DNA of 63,265 nucleotides, counting the filler, from Anaerolineae bacterium (GTDB lineage Bacteria; Chloroflexota; Anaerolineae; Epilineales; Epilineaceae), in NCBI GenBank assembly GCA_029262755.1. It is 6 parts of 6 records of this genome, joined end to end, with 100 filler letters (N's around TTAATTAATTAA, not from the genome) between each part and the next. Parts side by side here need not be neighbours in the genome. Positions count along the whole stretch, not along the records: positions 1 to 25,716 come from JAJCYU010000073.1; 5 more parts are not named here. The stretch is one strand, 5' to 3'. The position numbers were made by a program, and so were the translations under genes. Of this stretch, positions 1-10,231 are shown piece after piece. Under the pieces are notes generated by a model. It had not been told where the DNA came from, made no database searches, and saw nothing but the letters and a program-made list of their open reading frames with translations. The stretch's first letter is position 1. Each line of letters begins with the position of its first letter.

Positions 1-1076
1 AGCTCAAGCTGTGTGCTGCGTCGTCCGGGTGAGAGGAAGGCCACCGCACCGCCCGCCGGCGACCATGCGAACGCGCTCGCGCCGGCCGCGATGGCCTTGC
101 CAGATGCGCTGGTAGTGGCGGCCAAGACCGTAGGCTCGGAGCCGTTGTCAGGCGATGCGGAATCCGGAGAGGGCGGAGGCGCCCCCCGCCATTCGCGCGT
201 CGAGACCGGACCGGTGCCGTGACGCGCGGCCAACCACGCAATCTGTTCGCCGTCGGATGTGAAGGCTGGGTAGCGTAGATCCACGTCCCCCCGTTCCGGC
301 GCCGTGGCGACCGCGATCGCGTCCCCGCCCTCCGCGGGCGAAACGAAGAGGCTGAACCCACCGGACTGCTCGTCCCACCCGGACCAGGCAACCAGCCGTC
401 CGTCTTGCGACCAAGCCGGGTCCATGGCGGCGTAGGCGGGCGGGCTTAGCGCGTACTCGCCTCGATTCGCGCTATCGGGTTCAGTGGCCGCCTCGTCCTC
501 CAGGTTGCTCCCAGTCGCTCCGCTACTGGATCCATCGCCACTCGATCCAGCGCCGCCCAAGCCCTCATCACCCGTTCCACCACCACCAATCGGCCGGACG
601 TAGATCGTCCAACCGTCCTCGTCGTAGCGTTCGTAGGCGATGCGATCGCCGTGTACCGCGGCGCGACCAACGTAACCCTCCGGCGCCGTGAGCCGCTGCG
701 GGGCGCCGCCCTCGCGCGCGACGCGCCACAGGGCCCAGCCGTCGTCCGTGCGCGCCGAGAGGATCAGGGCACCGCCGTCCGGGGTCCATGTGACATGATC
801 GATGGCTCGGAAGCCGGCGACCAACGTGCGAGGCTGGCCGCCCTGCGCCACGTCCAGCACGACGACGCCCGCCCCCGCATCCGTCGGTGCCGCGAAGGCC
901 AGCGTACCCACGAGCCATGGTGGCGGCGCCGGCGTCGGGGGCGGCGCTTCGACCACGGGCGCCGGCCGATCAGGCAGCGGCGCCTCCGAAGGGTCCGGAC
1001 CGCAAGCGACGGGCATCGCGAGGAGCACGACGAAGACAAGGGCAACGCGACGCAGTAGCACACGCTGTTGGATCAC
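1..1076 (-). CDS. TolB-like/PD40 beta-propeller lipoprotein (3' end runs off the window; absent from the ORF track)
   Basis: Manual translation from GTG 1076: MIQQRVLLRRVALVFVVLLAMPVAC (lipobox), a Pro-rich linker, then PD40-type repeats VTWTPDGGALIL, PAWSQDGRLVAWS, PAFTSDGEQIAW, FAWSPAGGAVAF. No stop before position 1. Confidence 0.8.
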   Translation of the reverse strand, partial: MIQQRVLLRRVALVFVVLLAMPVACGPDPSEAPLPDRPAPVVEAPPPTPAPPPWLVGTLAFAAPTDAGAGVVVLDVAQGGQPRTLVAGFRAIDHVTWTPDGGALILSARTDDGWALWRVAREGGAPQRLTAPEGYVGRAAVHGDRIAYERYDEDGWTIYVRPIGGGGTGDEGLGGAGSSGDGSSSGATGSNLEDEAATEPDSANRGEYALSPPAYAAMDPAWSQDGRLVAWSGWDEQSGGFSLFVSPAEGGDAIAVATAPERGDVDLRYPAFTSDGEQIAWLAARHGTGPVSTREWRGAPPPSPDSASPDNGSEPTVLAATTSASGKAIAAGASAFAWSPAGGAVAFLSPGRRSTQLE

Positions 1077-1495
1077 GTGGTAGTGGGGAACCTGAATGTG
1101 GGTACCGCAGAGGGCCGGGCCGTGGTTCGGCCGGCTTCGCGATGCGTCCTGACTCGCGCTCACGCTCCGTCGAGCGCGCCGGATCGGAGGGAGAAACATC
1201 GGCAAGGACCTTCCGGGGCCCACTCGGTGCGGCTTGCACCAAGTGGCGTCCACGTCGGGGGCGGGGGTGGGGTAGGTAGGGGGCGGAAGTGCATGCAATC
1301 GTAGACTACAACCCCACCGGGGGGCACATGTCCCTAGTCAATTCAGATGAGCACCGCGCTTCGGCCGCGATTCGGCCCGCGACCATCCATTCCGCTCGAG
1401 AGCCTCGGGCGCACGTCGTCGGTTCGACCGCGACCCCAGGCTCCCCCGGAGGAATCCGTCCTGGCGCACGCTGCGATGATCGATCCCGGCCCCAC

Positions 1496-1539
1496 AAAAA
1501 AGACGTGACCCCGCGGGCTCCCGCCGCCGGGTCACGTCT
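1496..1539 (-). terminator. Rho-independent terminator downstream of the ABC operon
   Basis: 11-bp inverted repeat AGACGTGACCC (1501-1511) / GGGTCACGTCT (1529-1539), followed on the minus strand by a T run (A tract 1496-1501). Confidence 0.7.
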
Positions 1540-1702
1540 CGTGGATGCGCCAGTAGTCTGGTTGTGAGGGTCGCGATCGGCGGACCAGTGTCGATTGCCG
1601 CGTCGTGCGATCCTGCCCCTGATACGGGCTGGGGCTGAATAAGGTTTCGAACCCGCTACGTTCGGGCGCCCTCGTAGCCGCCTCGTATGGTTTGACGAGC
1701 CC

Positions 1703-2584
1703 TTAGTCGTCCGCGTAGTCGATCTCCAGGTAGCGGGAGCGCCAGCCGGCGATTGCAAGCAGCACGGCAGCCAGAAGCAACACGCCGGGAAGCGCGATGG
1801 CCAAGGGCGGCGGATCGGCGATGATCGCGATGCGGCCGCGGTCGATTGGGACCGGGATCAGGGACTGCAAATACCAGATCACCGAGAAAGGCTTGAGTAG
1901 TCGTGGCAGGAAGAGGTTGGCGGATTCCCAGGCGAGCAGGATCAAGACGGGGATGATCGGGTTGCGGAAGATCATCCCGACCGTAAGGAACACGGCGCCG
2001 TAGCCGAGGCAGGCCAGGGCTGCAATGGCCACGTAGATCAACAGGTGGCCGATGCCGGATGGACCGCTCAGATGGCCGAGAGCCGCGGCGCGGTCGTAGG
2101 GCAGTTACATCAACAGCCGCGTGATGGCGGTCGATAGGCCGAACACGAAGGCCGCCGCGAGCAAGCCGCCGAGAAACTTGCCGGCGACCAGTACCTCGCG
2201 CCGCACGGGCGAAAGAAAGTAGTAGTGCAGGGTGCGCGAGAGCATGTCGCCGCGAAAGAGCCGGACGAAGATGGCGACACTTCCGAAGAACACACAGAGG
2301 CGCACGATCAACGCGTCGAACACGTCGGCGAACATGATCTCTTCGTTCGCCAGGCTCGCGAAGTCGATGTCTTCCTGGAAGATCAGGAACGCCACACCCT
2401 TGGCACTCATCAACAAGACCGGCAGAAGCGCCAGGCTCCAGACGGCAAAGGCGGTCTTGCCGCGCAGGCTCTTGCTCAGCTCGAGCCGTGCGATACCGCG
2501 CACCTGGCGCCACCATAGGACCGGGCCTCCGACGGACGGGCCATAGGCTTCGGCACCGTCGATCTCGGGTGCGATCACGCTCAT
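1703..2584 (-). pseudogene. ABC-2 type permease interrupted by one in-frame TAA (2105-2107)
   Basis: ORFs 2105..2584 and 1703..2041 are in the same frame. Read-through gives ...ITRLLM*LPYDRAAALGHL...IYVAIAALACLGYGAVFL. Contains the ABC-2 motif TLHYYFLSPVRREVLVAGKF. Confidence 0.75.
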
Positions 2585-3633
2585 GATCCGTCTCCCTTGG
2601 ACTCGATCAGGTATTCGTAAACGGCCGCGACGTCATCGTCCGCGGGCACGACGGATTCGATGAGGTGGCCGTCGAGCACATAGCGGCTGAGCGCAGCATG
2701 GAAGCGCGCTGCGCTTCGGGTCCGTGCCAGCAAGCCGCCGCCGTCGTCGTGCACACGCGCCTCCACGACGTGGTCGGCTTCTTCGGCGAAGAGCCTGGCC
2801 GCGAGGGCCGCGGGCTCCGCGCAGCGTACGAGCACCCCGATCGGATGCTCGGCATCCATCTCTTCGCGCACGTCCGCGATGCCGCCCTGGGCGACGATGT
2901 AGCCGTGGTTTACCAGGACGACGCTGTCCGAGAGGGTATCGACCTCGTGTAGGATGTGGCTGGACACCACCACGTGATGGCCGGCGTCTGCCAACTCGCG
3001 GAACATGGACGCAACCTCGGAACGCGCCATCGGATCGAGGCCGTTCAGCGGCTCGTCCAAGATGAGCACCTTCGGGCGATGCGCGATGGCGCTGGCAATC
3101 TTGATCCGTTGCCGCATGCCCTTGCTATACGCTGCGATCTTGCGCCGCGCGGCATCACTCATGCCTACCCACTCGATCGCCTCGTCCGCCATCGCGTTGG
3201 ATCGGCGCACGCTGATGCCGCCCACCTGCAAGAAGGCCGAGACGAACTCCCGGCCCGTCATGCCGGCCGGGAAGTTGTCGTATTGGGCACAGTAGCCCAC
3301 GAGCCGCAATAGCCGCTCCGGCTCTTCCGGCGTGACGCCGAGCACGGAAATCTCGCCGCGGGTGGGCTTGAGCAAGCCCGCGATCAGATTCATCAAGGTT
3401 GTCTTGCCTGATCCGTTCGGGCCGACGAGGCTCGTGATGCCCGGATCAATGCTCAGGTTTACGCGGTTGACACCAAGCACCTCGCCGTAGAATTTGGAGA
3501 CGCCGGTGAAGCGAATCGTTGCGGGGGCGGCCGACTCCGCCGGCGCCGTGCCGGCGAGGCCGCGCGGTGCATGTCCGTTGGTCGCCCGCGGCTCCTTGAC
3601 GAGTACGTCGTCGGCTGCGTTCGGCCGGCTCAT
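2581..3633 (-). CDS. ABC transporter ATP-binding protein
   Basis: Walker A GPNGSGKTT, signature YSKGMRQR, Walker B LILDEP, H-loop SSH. ATG 3633 overlaps the upstream stop (ATGA). Confidence 0.95.
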   Translation of the reverse strand: MSRPNAADDVLVKEPRATNGHAPRGLAGTAPAESAAPATIRFTGVSKFYGEVLGVNRVNLSIDPGITSLVGPNGSGKTTLMNLIAGLLKPTRGEISVLGVTPEEPERLLRLVGYCAQYDNFPAGMTGREFVSAFLQVGGISVRRSNAMADEAIEWVGMSDAARRKIAAYSKGMRQRIKIASAIAHRPKVLILDEPLNGLDPMARSEVASMFRELADAGHHVVVSSHILHEVDTLSDSVVLVNHGYIVAQGGIADVREEMDAEHPIGVLVRCAEPAALAARLFAEEADHVVEARVHDDGGGLLARTRSAARFHAALSRYVLDGHLIESVVPADDDVAAVYEYLIESKGDGS

Positions 3634-4514
3634 GAGCGCACCTCCGCATAGGCGCGGATGCGGCTTGCAATGACCAGGGCGCTCACGATGCAGGCCAGTG
3701 CCAACACGATCCACCCGCTGAGTGGCGTCAAGGTGGGGCCGCCGGTCAGGGTCAGCAAGTCGCTGCCGCCGAAGAGTTGATTCCACACCGTGCCCACGAC
3801 ACGGGTTGGTGAGATCAAATAGCCCCACCGTGTGTCCAGGACGGCGTTGATGGCCTCCGCCATGCCCCGTGAAACGAAGACCGCGCCCAACATCAGGCCG
3901 CGCGCAACCCAGCGCCGAGAAACGAGGGACGACAACGCGAGGGTCACCATCGAAAGCGGCAGGATGAGCGCCCAGCTCGCGAGGAAGGCCGCTGGAACGG
4001 CATGACCGTGCTCCTGCCACCACGGGGCGCCGTCAAAGCCGTATTGCAGCAACGACAAGAGCAGCACCGGCAACCAGGTGATGGCCGAGAGCGGCACGAG
4101 CAGCACGGCCAGCTTGCCGGCGCCGTAGGTCAGGCGCGAGATGGGCCGCGAAAGGTAGAGCGGCAACGCGTTGTCGCTCAGGTCGCGCGCCATGAGCGGC
4201 GGCCCGACCACGAGCGCGAGCACGAAGGTCATCCAACCCTGCATCACGAGAAAGGTCGTGTAGAACTCGGTGCCGATGGAGACCTGGTCGACGAAGCCCT
4301 GTCCGAGTAGCTCCAAGACCGTAGCGTTGTGACGGGCGTAGATCACGGCCGCGCTCACGGCCGGCAACGCGAAGCCCGCGACAAAGGTAATGAGCGCCAT
4401 CCGCGAGCGCAGGATGTCGCGCATGGCATAGCGCGGGATGACGAGACGACGTGCCCAGCGTGAGGTGAGCGCGCCATCGTAGGGTTCGAAACGGCGCTCG
4501 TAGAGCACGGCCAT
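3630..4514 (-). CDS. ABC-2 type transporter permease
   Basis: About six hydrophobic segments; motif DLSDNALPLYLSRPISRLTYGAGK. Confidence 0.9.
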   Translation of the reverse strand: MAVLYERRFEPYDGALTSRWARRLVIPRYAMRDILRSRMALITFVAGFALPAVSAAVIYARHNATVLELLGQGFVDQVSIGTEFYTTFLVMQGWMTFVLALVVGPPLMARDLSDNALPLYLSRPISRLTYGAGKLAVLLVPLSAITWLPVLLLSLLQYGFDGAPWWQEHGHAVPAAFLASWALILPLSMVTLALSSLVSRRWVARGLMLGAVFVSRGMAEAINAVLDTRWGYLISPTRVVGTVWNQLFGGSDLLTLTGGPTLTPLSGWIVLALACIVSALVIASRIRAYAEVRS

Positions 4515-5548
4515 CAGGAGGCCTCCGTCGAGGAGTCCGCCACGACGGCGGCATGGGTGTCGGTGGGGGACAACGTTCCGGACGACGCTCGATCGCCCGT
4601 GCCTTCGCCTTGCTGCGCGACAGGACCGGCGGTGATGCCCATCGCCGCAAGGAAGATGTCCTCGAGCGAGTCGCGGCGGTGGCTGAAGCGGCGGATATGT
4701 ACGTCGTTGGCAGCCGCGGCCGCGTAGAGATCGCGGACCGTGACTTCGGCCGGTGTGATTACCTTCAGCTGCGAGCGGCCATGTAGCGCCACCTGGCAGC
4801 CGAGCTCTGCCACGGCCGCGGCGAAGGCCTGGCGATCGCCACGGATCTCGATGTCCAGGAAGCGTTGGTTGGTCTTGCGCTCAGCCGCCAGATCGCAATG
4901 CCGCGCGATGCGGCCGTCCTTGAGGATCAGCACCTCTTCGCAAGCCTGCTCCACGTCGTGCAACAGGTGGCTGGAGAGGACGATGGTGACGCCGGAATCG
5001 CGGATCTGCTGGACGAGACGCACCATGCGGATTCGTCCGGCCGGGTCGAGCCCATTGGTGGGCTCGTCCAGAAACAGCAGCTTTGGTCCGTGCACGATGG
5101 CCTGCGCGAGCTTCGCCCGCTGCTTCATGCCAAGCGAGTACGTGCGGATCTCGCGGTAGCGCGATTCGCCCAAGCCCACCGCGATCAAGGCCTCATGCGC
5201 ACGCTCGAGCGCAACGCGCGGCGGCAAGCCGGAAAGCTCGCCCATGAGCCGCACGAAGCGCACGGCGCTCATGTCACCGATGAAGCTGTCGCGCTCCGGC
5301 ATGTAGCCCACCAACCGGCGCAATGCGCGCGCGTCATTCCGATCACGAATGTCGTGGCCGAGTACCTCGGCCGTGCCCGCGCTGGGACGGTGGAAACCGA
5401 GCAACGTGTGGATCAGGGTGGTCTTGCCCGCACCGTTGGGCCCGAGCAGGCCCAGCGCGCGGCCGGAAAGTTCCGCCGAGAGATCGTGCAGGATCGGGCG
5501 CCCGCCAAGGCGGACGCCCAGATCCTGCAACGAGATTATCCTGTTCAC
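4514..5548 (-). CDS. ABC transporter ATP-binding protein
   Basis: [29 protein letters not shown] 5548 overlaps the upstream TGA (GTGA). Confidence 0.95.
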   Translation of the reverse strand: MNRIISLQDLGVRLGGRPILHDLSAELSGRALGLLGPNGAGKTTLIHTLLGFHRPSAGTAEVLGHDIRDRNDARALRRLVGYMPERDSFIGDMSAVRFVRLMGELSGLPPRVALERAHEALIAVGLGESRYREIRTYSLGMKQRAKLAQAIVHGPKLLFLDEPTNGLDPAGRIRMVRLVQQIRDSGVTIVLSSHLLHDVEQACEEVLILKDGRIARHCDLAAERKTNQRFLDIEIRGDRQAFAAAVAELGCQVALHGRSQLKVITPAEVTVRDLYAAAAANDVHIRRFSHRRDSLEDIFLAAMGITAGPVAQQGEGTGDRASSGTLSPTDTHAAVVADSSTEAS

Positions 5549-8500
5549 TTGCCTTCGGATGCCGCGTCGGCGTCGAAGGCGCCTTCGAGCATGAGCGGAT
5601 CGCCCATCGCGTCCCAGTCCGACGGGAGCGGTAGATCGGACGAATCCAGACCGAAGAGCCCTCCCGCGCCAAGGATCGTGCCGAAGTCCAAGGCGCTCGC
5701 CGCGGAGGCGCCGCGCACCCGGATCCGATCCGAGTCGGCCCAGGCCACCAGCAGCGACGGCGCAAGGCTCGTCGCCAGACCCATCTCGGCTCCGCGCGAT
5801 GCCATCGCCTCGTCGGCAACCGCCGCCGCGCCGCCCAACAAACCGCCCAGGTCCTGCCACACGATGGCCGAGAAGTCGACGTCGCCGCCGCTCGGTAGAC
5901 CGGCGCGGAAGGCCGGATCGGTCGTGATGTCCAGGCCGCTCTCGCGGACCCGAGCCGCCTCGCCGATCAAAGCTGGGTTGGAGGAAGCTACGAGATATCC
6001 GTCGAGCACCGCGTAATGCATGCTGAAGACCTCGGCGCCATCCGCCGCGATGCTCCAGATCGTGCGACCGCCAACCTCCTCAGCGCTCAGCGACAAGCGC
6101 CGTCCGCGCAGCGGTTCCGGCATCGCATCGCCGCGCTCCAACTCCTCGGCCGCAATGCGCTCGTTGATCCGCTCCACGGTGTCGGCCACCGCGTTCTGCA
6201 AGGCCGCGTCGTCGTAGACCTCGACGATCAGCTTCCACGACGGCTCCGGCAGCACTGGGCCGTCGAGCGCGAAGGCGACCTCACCACCGAGCGGCGCGGC
6301 CAGGGCACGCAACAGCTCCATGTGCATGACCATGTCGTGATCGACATCCTCGCCGTCCATCGGCATGCCGTGAATTCCCTGCGCCAGGTCGAGCAGCTGC
6401 GCAACGATAACCTCGGGGCGCTCGATCACCGCGGCGCTCACCAAGGTGGCGTCCGTGGAGATGAAGCCAAGCGCGCCCATCGGTGCTGGAGCGGCCAACC
6501 AAGACGCCAAACCCTTGCGCGCGCCGTCGAAGCCGACCGTGGCTTCCAGCTCCGCGCGCCCGTCACGCTCCGTCTGCGTCACGATGACGTGTCCGATGCC
6601 CGCAAGCCCCGAAGCCTCGATGGCCTCGCGGCCCTGCGCGTTCGGGTTCCCGTCATTGTCCGATCCGTCTTGGCTCTCGTTGTCGTCTTCGTACCCATTC
6701 ATGCCGGCGTCGCCGATGACCTCGTCGATGACGTGGCTCTCGAATACGCGACCGACATCCGCGGCGAACAACGCATCCGCGCCGCCCGCCATCGCCTGGG
6801 CGATACCGGTGAGCAGATCCTCGTCCATCGTGGCACCGCCCGCGGCCGACGCGGCCAGCGGGACGAGCGAGGCGGCCATCGGCGACACGCCGACGATGCC
6901 GTTGCCCAGCCACACGTAGAGCGCTTCGTCGATGCCGTTGTCATGCAGCCCAACGAAGGGCGCGTTGCCGTCGGCATCGGCCGTGTTCACGTTGTCCATG
7001 CCGTCATCGGCCACGCCGTTGTTCTCGACGTCGGCGGTCACGTCCGCACCCTCTGCATCCAGCGTGCTCTCCGTGCCGATCGCAGCGTCGACGTCCGCGC
7101 CCGGATTGGGCTCGATCACGGCGTGCTCCGCCACGAAAGCCGCGGGATCGTCCAGGAAGGTCATTGGCGGTAAGTCGCCCTCGTCGGCCAGCGTTGCGAA
7201 GTTGTTCCACTCCGCTTCCACGACCTGGCGGAAAGCCGCGGCGTCCGCGACCTCCGCGAACACGACGGGCAGCGCGGGCTGGCCGTCGGCGTCGAGCGTC
7301 AACGCGATCGCGACCTCGTCGCCGACCTCGCCGCCGAGGCGACCCATGGCCTCGACGAGGGTGTTGATGCGCTGCTCGGTCTGTGGATCGTCCATGCGCT
7401 CGGCCCACCACGTTGCGAGCACCGGGTTCTCCGAAACGCGCTCACGGAACAAGATCCAGCTCTCCGCGAAGGTCGCGCCCAGGTTGGGCAGAGAGACGAA
7501 CACGACCGTGTCCGCCGGCGCCGCCGCGGCCAGCCGCGAGGTGCTGCGCGGACCCGGTCGCGTGACGGTCTCGTCGATCTCGCGCCCGATCTCGACCAGC
7601 GCGGATAGGATTTCTTCGTAGCGCTCCGCGTTCTGGCTCCATGCCACGTCCTGGAAGACGGGCACCGCGCCGACGAGCGGGCTGGACGCAAACTGTTGGC
7701 CCGGCAACAAGCGCGCGCGCTGGCGGCCGCTGGCCACCCCGACCTCGCCCTCGATCACGGAGACGCGCGAGCCCTTCGTACCGTGGCGCACCGCGAAGAT
7801 CGTGCCGCGAACGGTGACGTTCGCATCATCGGTGGCCACGCGCAGCCGGCCGCGTCCCTGGGGCGCGGCTTCGATCACGATGTTTCCCCGCTCTAGGTCG
7901 ACGATCGTGCCGTCGCCTCGGGTGCGCAACGCAAGCTCAGCGCGTGCGTCCAGCTCGATGCGGGAGCCGTCGTCCAGCGTCAGGACGGCTCCACCGTCAC
8001 GGGTCGCACGCAGCCGCTGACCCGGGGTGATCGCATCGCCCACCGCAACCGCGGAGGCGCCGTGATCATCCACGTGCACGAGGCTGCCCTCCACCGTCTC
8101 CACGTGAGCCAACACGCGGTTGGGCATCAACAGATCCTGTCCGGCCCACCACGTCGATAGGCCTGCTACCAGGACCACGGCCGCTGCCACGGCCCACGAG
8201 GCGCGCGAGTGCCACGCGGGGCGTGCCGCCGCCGCGGGCAACGCGACCGGCCGATCCGCCGGCCGCCGACGTCGCGGCGCACCGCTGCGCGCTGCGGTTA
8301 CCGCGGCGCGGAAGGCGGCGTCGGAACCGATGCGGTCCTCGACGAGCATCACCTGGCCGGCATCCAATTCGCCGTCCAGGTAGGCGGGGATCAGCTGCTC
8401 GAGATCGTCCGACCCGGCCACCTGTCCTGCGCGCCCAATCTCGGCCTCGATCTTCGCCCAGGCACGCTGCCCTGTGCTGGAGAGCTCCTGCTCGGACGGC

Positions 8501-8598
8501 GTCTGTGCACGCACGCTCTCGACCGCGCGGTCGAGGAGGGCGTCACGTTGCTCGTCGATGGGGGACATGGCGTCCTTCTCGTTATCGGTCGTGCTCAT
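5545..8598 (-). CDS. Membrane anti-sigma factor: degenerate ZAS-like N-terminus, TM helix, FecR domain and large extracytoplasmic C-terminal domain
   Basis: [10 protein letters not shown]...VEDRI anti-sigma-like N-terminus, [19 protein letters not shown], FecR motifs LDDGSRIEL / [10 protein letters not shown] / [17 protein letters not shown] before ATG 8598; adjacent to the ECF sigma gene. Confidence 0.8.
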   Translation of the reverse strand: MSTTDNEKDAMSPIDEQRDALLDRAVESVRAQTPSEQELSSTGQRAWAKIEAEIGRAGQVAGSDDLEQLIPAYLDGELDAGQVMLVEDRIGSDAAFRAAVTAARSGAPRRRRPADRPVALPAAAARPAWHSRASWAVAAAVVLVAGLSTWWAGQDLLMPNRVLAHVETVEGSLVHVDDHGASAVAVGDAITPGQRLRATRDGGAVLTLDDGSRIELDARAELALRTRGDGTIVDLERGNIVIEAAPQGRGRLRVATDDANVTVRGTIFAVRHGTKGSRVSVIEGEVGVASGRQRARLLPGQQFASSPLVGAVPVFQDVAWSQNAERYEEILSALVEIGREIDETVTRPGPRSTSRLAAAAPADTVVFVSLPNLGATFAESWILFRERVSENPVLATWWAERMDDPQTEQRINTLVEAMGRLGGEVGDEVAIALTLDADGQPALPVVFAEVADAAAFRQVVEAEWNNFATLADEGDLPPMTFLDDPAAFVAEHAVIEPNPGADVDAAIGTESTLDAEGADVTADVENNGVADDGMDNVNTADADGNAPFVGLHDNGIDEALYVWLGNGIVGVSPMAASLVPLAASAAGGATMDEDLLTGIAQAMAGGADALFAADVGRVFESHVIDEVIGDAGMNGYEDDNESQDGSDNDGNPNAQGREAIEASGLAGIGHVIVTQTERDGRAELEATVGFDGARKGLASWLAAPAPMGALGFISTDATLVSAAVIERPEVIVAQLLDLAQGIHGMPMDGEDVDHDMVMHMELLRALAAPLGGEVAFALDGPVLPEPSWKLIVEVYDDAALQNAVADTVERINERIAAEELERGDAMPEPLRGRRLSLSAEEVGGRTIWSIAADGAEVFSMHYAVLDGYLVASSNPALIGEAARVRESGLDITTDPAFRAGLPSGGDVDFSAIVWQDLGGLLGGAAAVADEAMASRGAEMGLATSLAPSLLVAWADSDRIRVRGASAASALDFGTILGAGGLFGLDSSDLPLPSDWDAMGDPLMLEGAFDADAASEGK

Positions 8599-8698
8599 GG
8601 CTTCCTCTCGCTTCGTAGGGGCCGCCTGTTTGGTGGCCCGTTGCGACCGGGAATTTGTGTTCGAGGCGGATGTGTCGGACGGGTTTGCGCCTTGCGGA

Positions 8699-9343
8699 TC
8701 ACGCATCGTCGGAACCAACCGTCGCGTTCTCACCGTTCACATCCAGGGTGTCGCGCAATCGCTTGCGTGCCCGGAAGAGGGTCACGCCGATGCTGCTCTC
8801 GGACGTGCCCATGTGGGTGGCAATCTCGCGATTGCTCCAGCCTTCGAAGTAGCGCAGGGCGAAGATCTCGCCGACGCGCGGTGCGAGCGCCGCGACCCCG
8901 ATGCGCAGTCGATCGCGCAACTCAGCGGCGCCGTGGCCCGCGTCGCGGTCCGGCGCACCGTCCGACGCGGGCGGTGCATGGCGTTCGCGGGTGGTCGTCG
9001 ACGGCCCTTCGCCGTCGCGCGTCACCTCGAACGGAATGATGTTGCGCCGCTTGCGAGCGCGCACGATGTCGAGCGCGGCGTTGATGGCCGCGCGGTTCAA
9101 GTACGCTGCGGGGTTGTCCAGCCCATCGGGCACGCCTTCACGCGCCAGCCGCAGGAAGACCGTCTGCAAGACGTCCTCCGCGTCGTGGGCGTCGCCCGTG
9201 ATGCGCCATGCGGCTTTTAAAGCCGCGGCATGATGGTCCCGGTAGAGCGCCGCAAGGCGATCTGTCGCCACGGCTTCGCTCCTCCGCGGGCGGGCCTGCC
9301 CGCCACGCAGCAGGCCTCGCCTCAAGGCCGGGGTGGCTGTCAT
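8699..9343 (-). CDS. ECF (sigma-70 group 4) RNA polymerase sigma factor
   Basis: Region 2 DAEDVLQTVFLRL...AYLNRAAINAALD, region 4 FALRYFEGWSNREIA...TLFRARKRLR. SD AGGAGG at 9355-9360; start could also be GTG 9349. Confidence 0.95.
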   Translation of the reverse strand: MTATPALRRGLLRGGQARPRRSEAVATDRLAALYRDHHAAALKAAWRITGDAHDAEDVLQTVFLRLAREGVPDGLDNPAAYLNRAAINAALDIVRARKRRNIIPFEVTRDGEGPSTTTRERHAPPASDGAPDRDAGHGAAELRDRLRIGVAALAPRVGEIFALRYFEGWSNREIATHMGTSESSIGVTLFRARKRLRDTLDVNGENATVGSDDA

Positions 9344-9642
9344 GGTCACGTCCACCTCCTCATTTCGAGGACGGGCTCTTCGTTGCGAGGAGCCACGTCC
9401 GGGTCTACGTCGAATGCGCCGAGCCCTTAGCGGCGGGCTCTTTGAGCGCCGTCGGGTCGATGATTCGTGCCCGACATGCTGTTCGACGCCGAGGAGGAGG
9501 ATTCCATTATCGCATCGCGTACCGATTCAAGCGCGTTCGGATCGCACGCGCGCGGACAGGGAGCAAGGACCGGACGCCGGTGGAGACCGGATGGCGTCGA
9601 CGAACGGTGTCGATGCAATCCGTCCGTGCGATAACAGAGGAC

Positions 9643-9719
9643 GCCCCGCGCCCCGCGCCCCGCGACCTACGCCCCGCGACCTACGCCCCGCGACCTACGA
9701 CCCGCGACCCGCGACCCGC
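9643..9719. repeat. Intergenic short tandem repeat (7-bp CCCGCGA-like units; 14-bp GCCCCGCGACCTAC x3)
   Basis: Seen directly: gccccgcgccccgcgccccgcgacctacgccccgcgacctacgccccgcgacctacgacccgcgacccgcgacccgc. Confidence 0.85.
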
Positions 9720-9775
9720 AACGGATCATCCAGCCGCAGGATGCGTGCTGTCTCGTAGCGTCATGCTACGACGGC

Positions 9776-10207
9776 TCAGGTCACAGTCAGCCGCGTGGGC
9801 TTGAAGGTCGCGGTCTCGGTGAGTACATCCGCGCTGCCTTCGGAGAGCGAGGGAAACTCCAAGCCGGTCAGCAGACAATCCTCGTAGACATAGGATTTGC
9901 CCGTGCCCTTCTTGGTGAGCTCCACGATCACCACATTCCGCCGCTGGTTCTTGCCCTCGACCGTCGCGTTGATCCACTCCAGCATGGCCTTGCGGCCCGC
10001 GGACAGGTTGCCGCGCAGCGTGACCGTATCGACATACTTGTGGCCCGGCGTGGTTTCGTGCGTGGCCGAACGTGGATCCGCCTGGAGCACGATGCCGCCA
10101 CCGGTGCAGGATTCCCACGCGGAATCGGCGTCCGTTCCCGCTTTTCCGCCTAGGATCTCGACGCGGAAACCGTGGACTTTTGTTCGTTGGAAGTTTTCTT
10201 TCGCCAT
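9776..10207 (-). CDS. Phage T4 gp19-like / Afp1-Afp5-like contractile-tail tube protein
   Basis: 143 aa with tube-family pattern FRVEI...PGHKYVDTVTLRG...MLEWIN...RRNVVI...SYVYEDCL...FPSL...ETATFKPTRL. SD GAGGAGG upstream. Confidence 0.8.
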   Translation of the reverse strand: MAKENFQRTKVHGFRVEILGGKAGTDADSAWESCTGGGIVLQADPRSATHETTPGHKYVDTVTLRGNLSAGRKAMLEWINATVEGKNQRRNVVIVELTKKGTGKSYVYEDCLLTGLEFPSLSEGSADVLTETATFKPTRLTVT

Positions 10208-10231
10208 GACGCTGCCTCCTCGGCCAATGCC

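Noticed and set aside
1630..1670. Minus-strand GCGGGTTCGAAACC resembling a tRNA T-loop
   Set aside because: The T-stem does not pair and no acceptor or anticodon arms can be built.
2105..2107. Programmed read-through or selenocysteine/pyrrolysine in the permease
   Set aside because: The codon is TAA, not TGA or TAG; other genes use standard stops.
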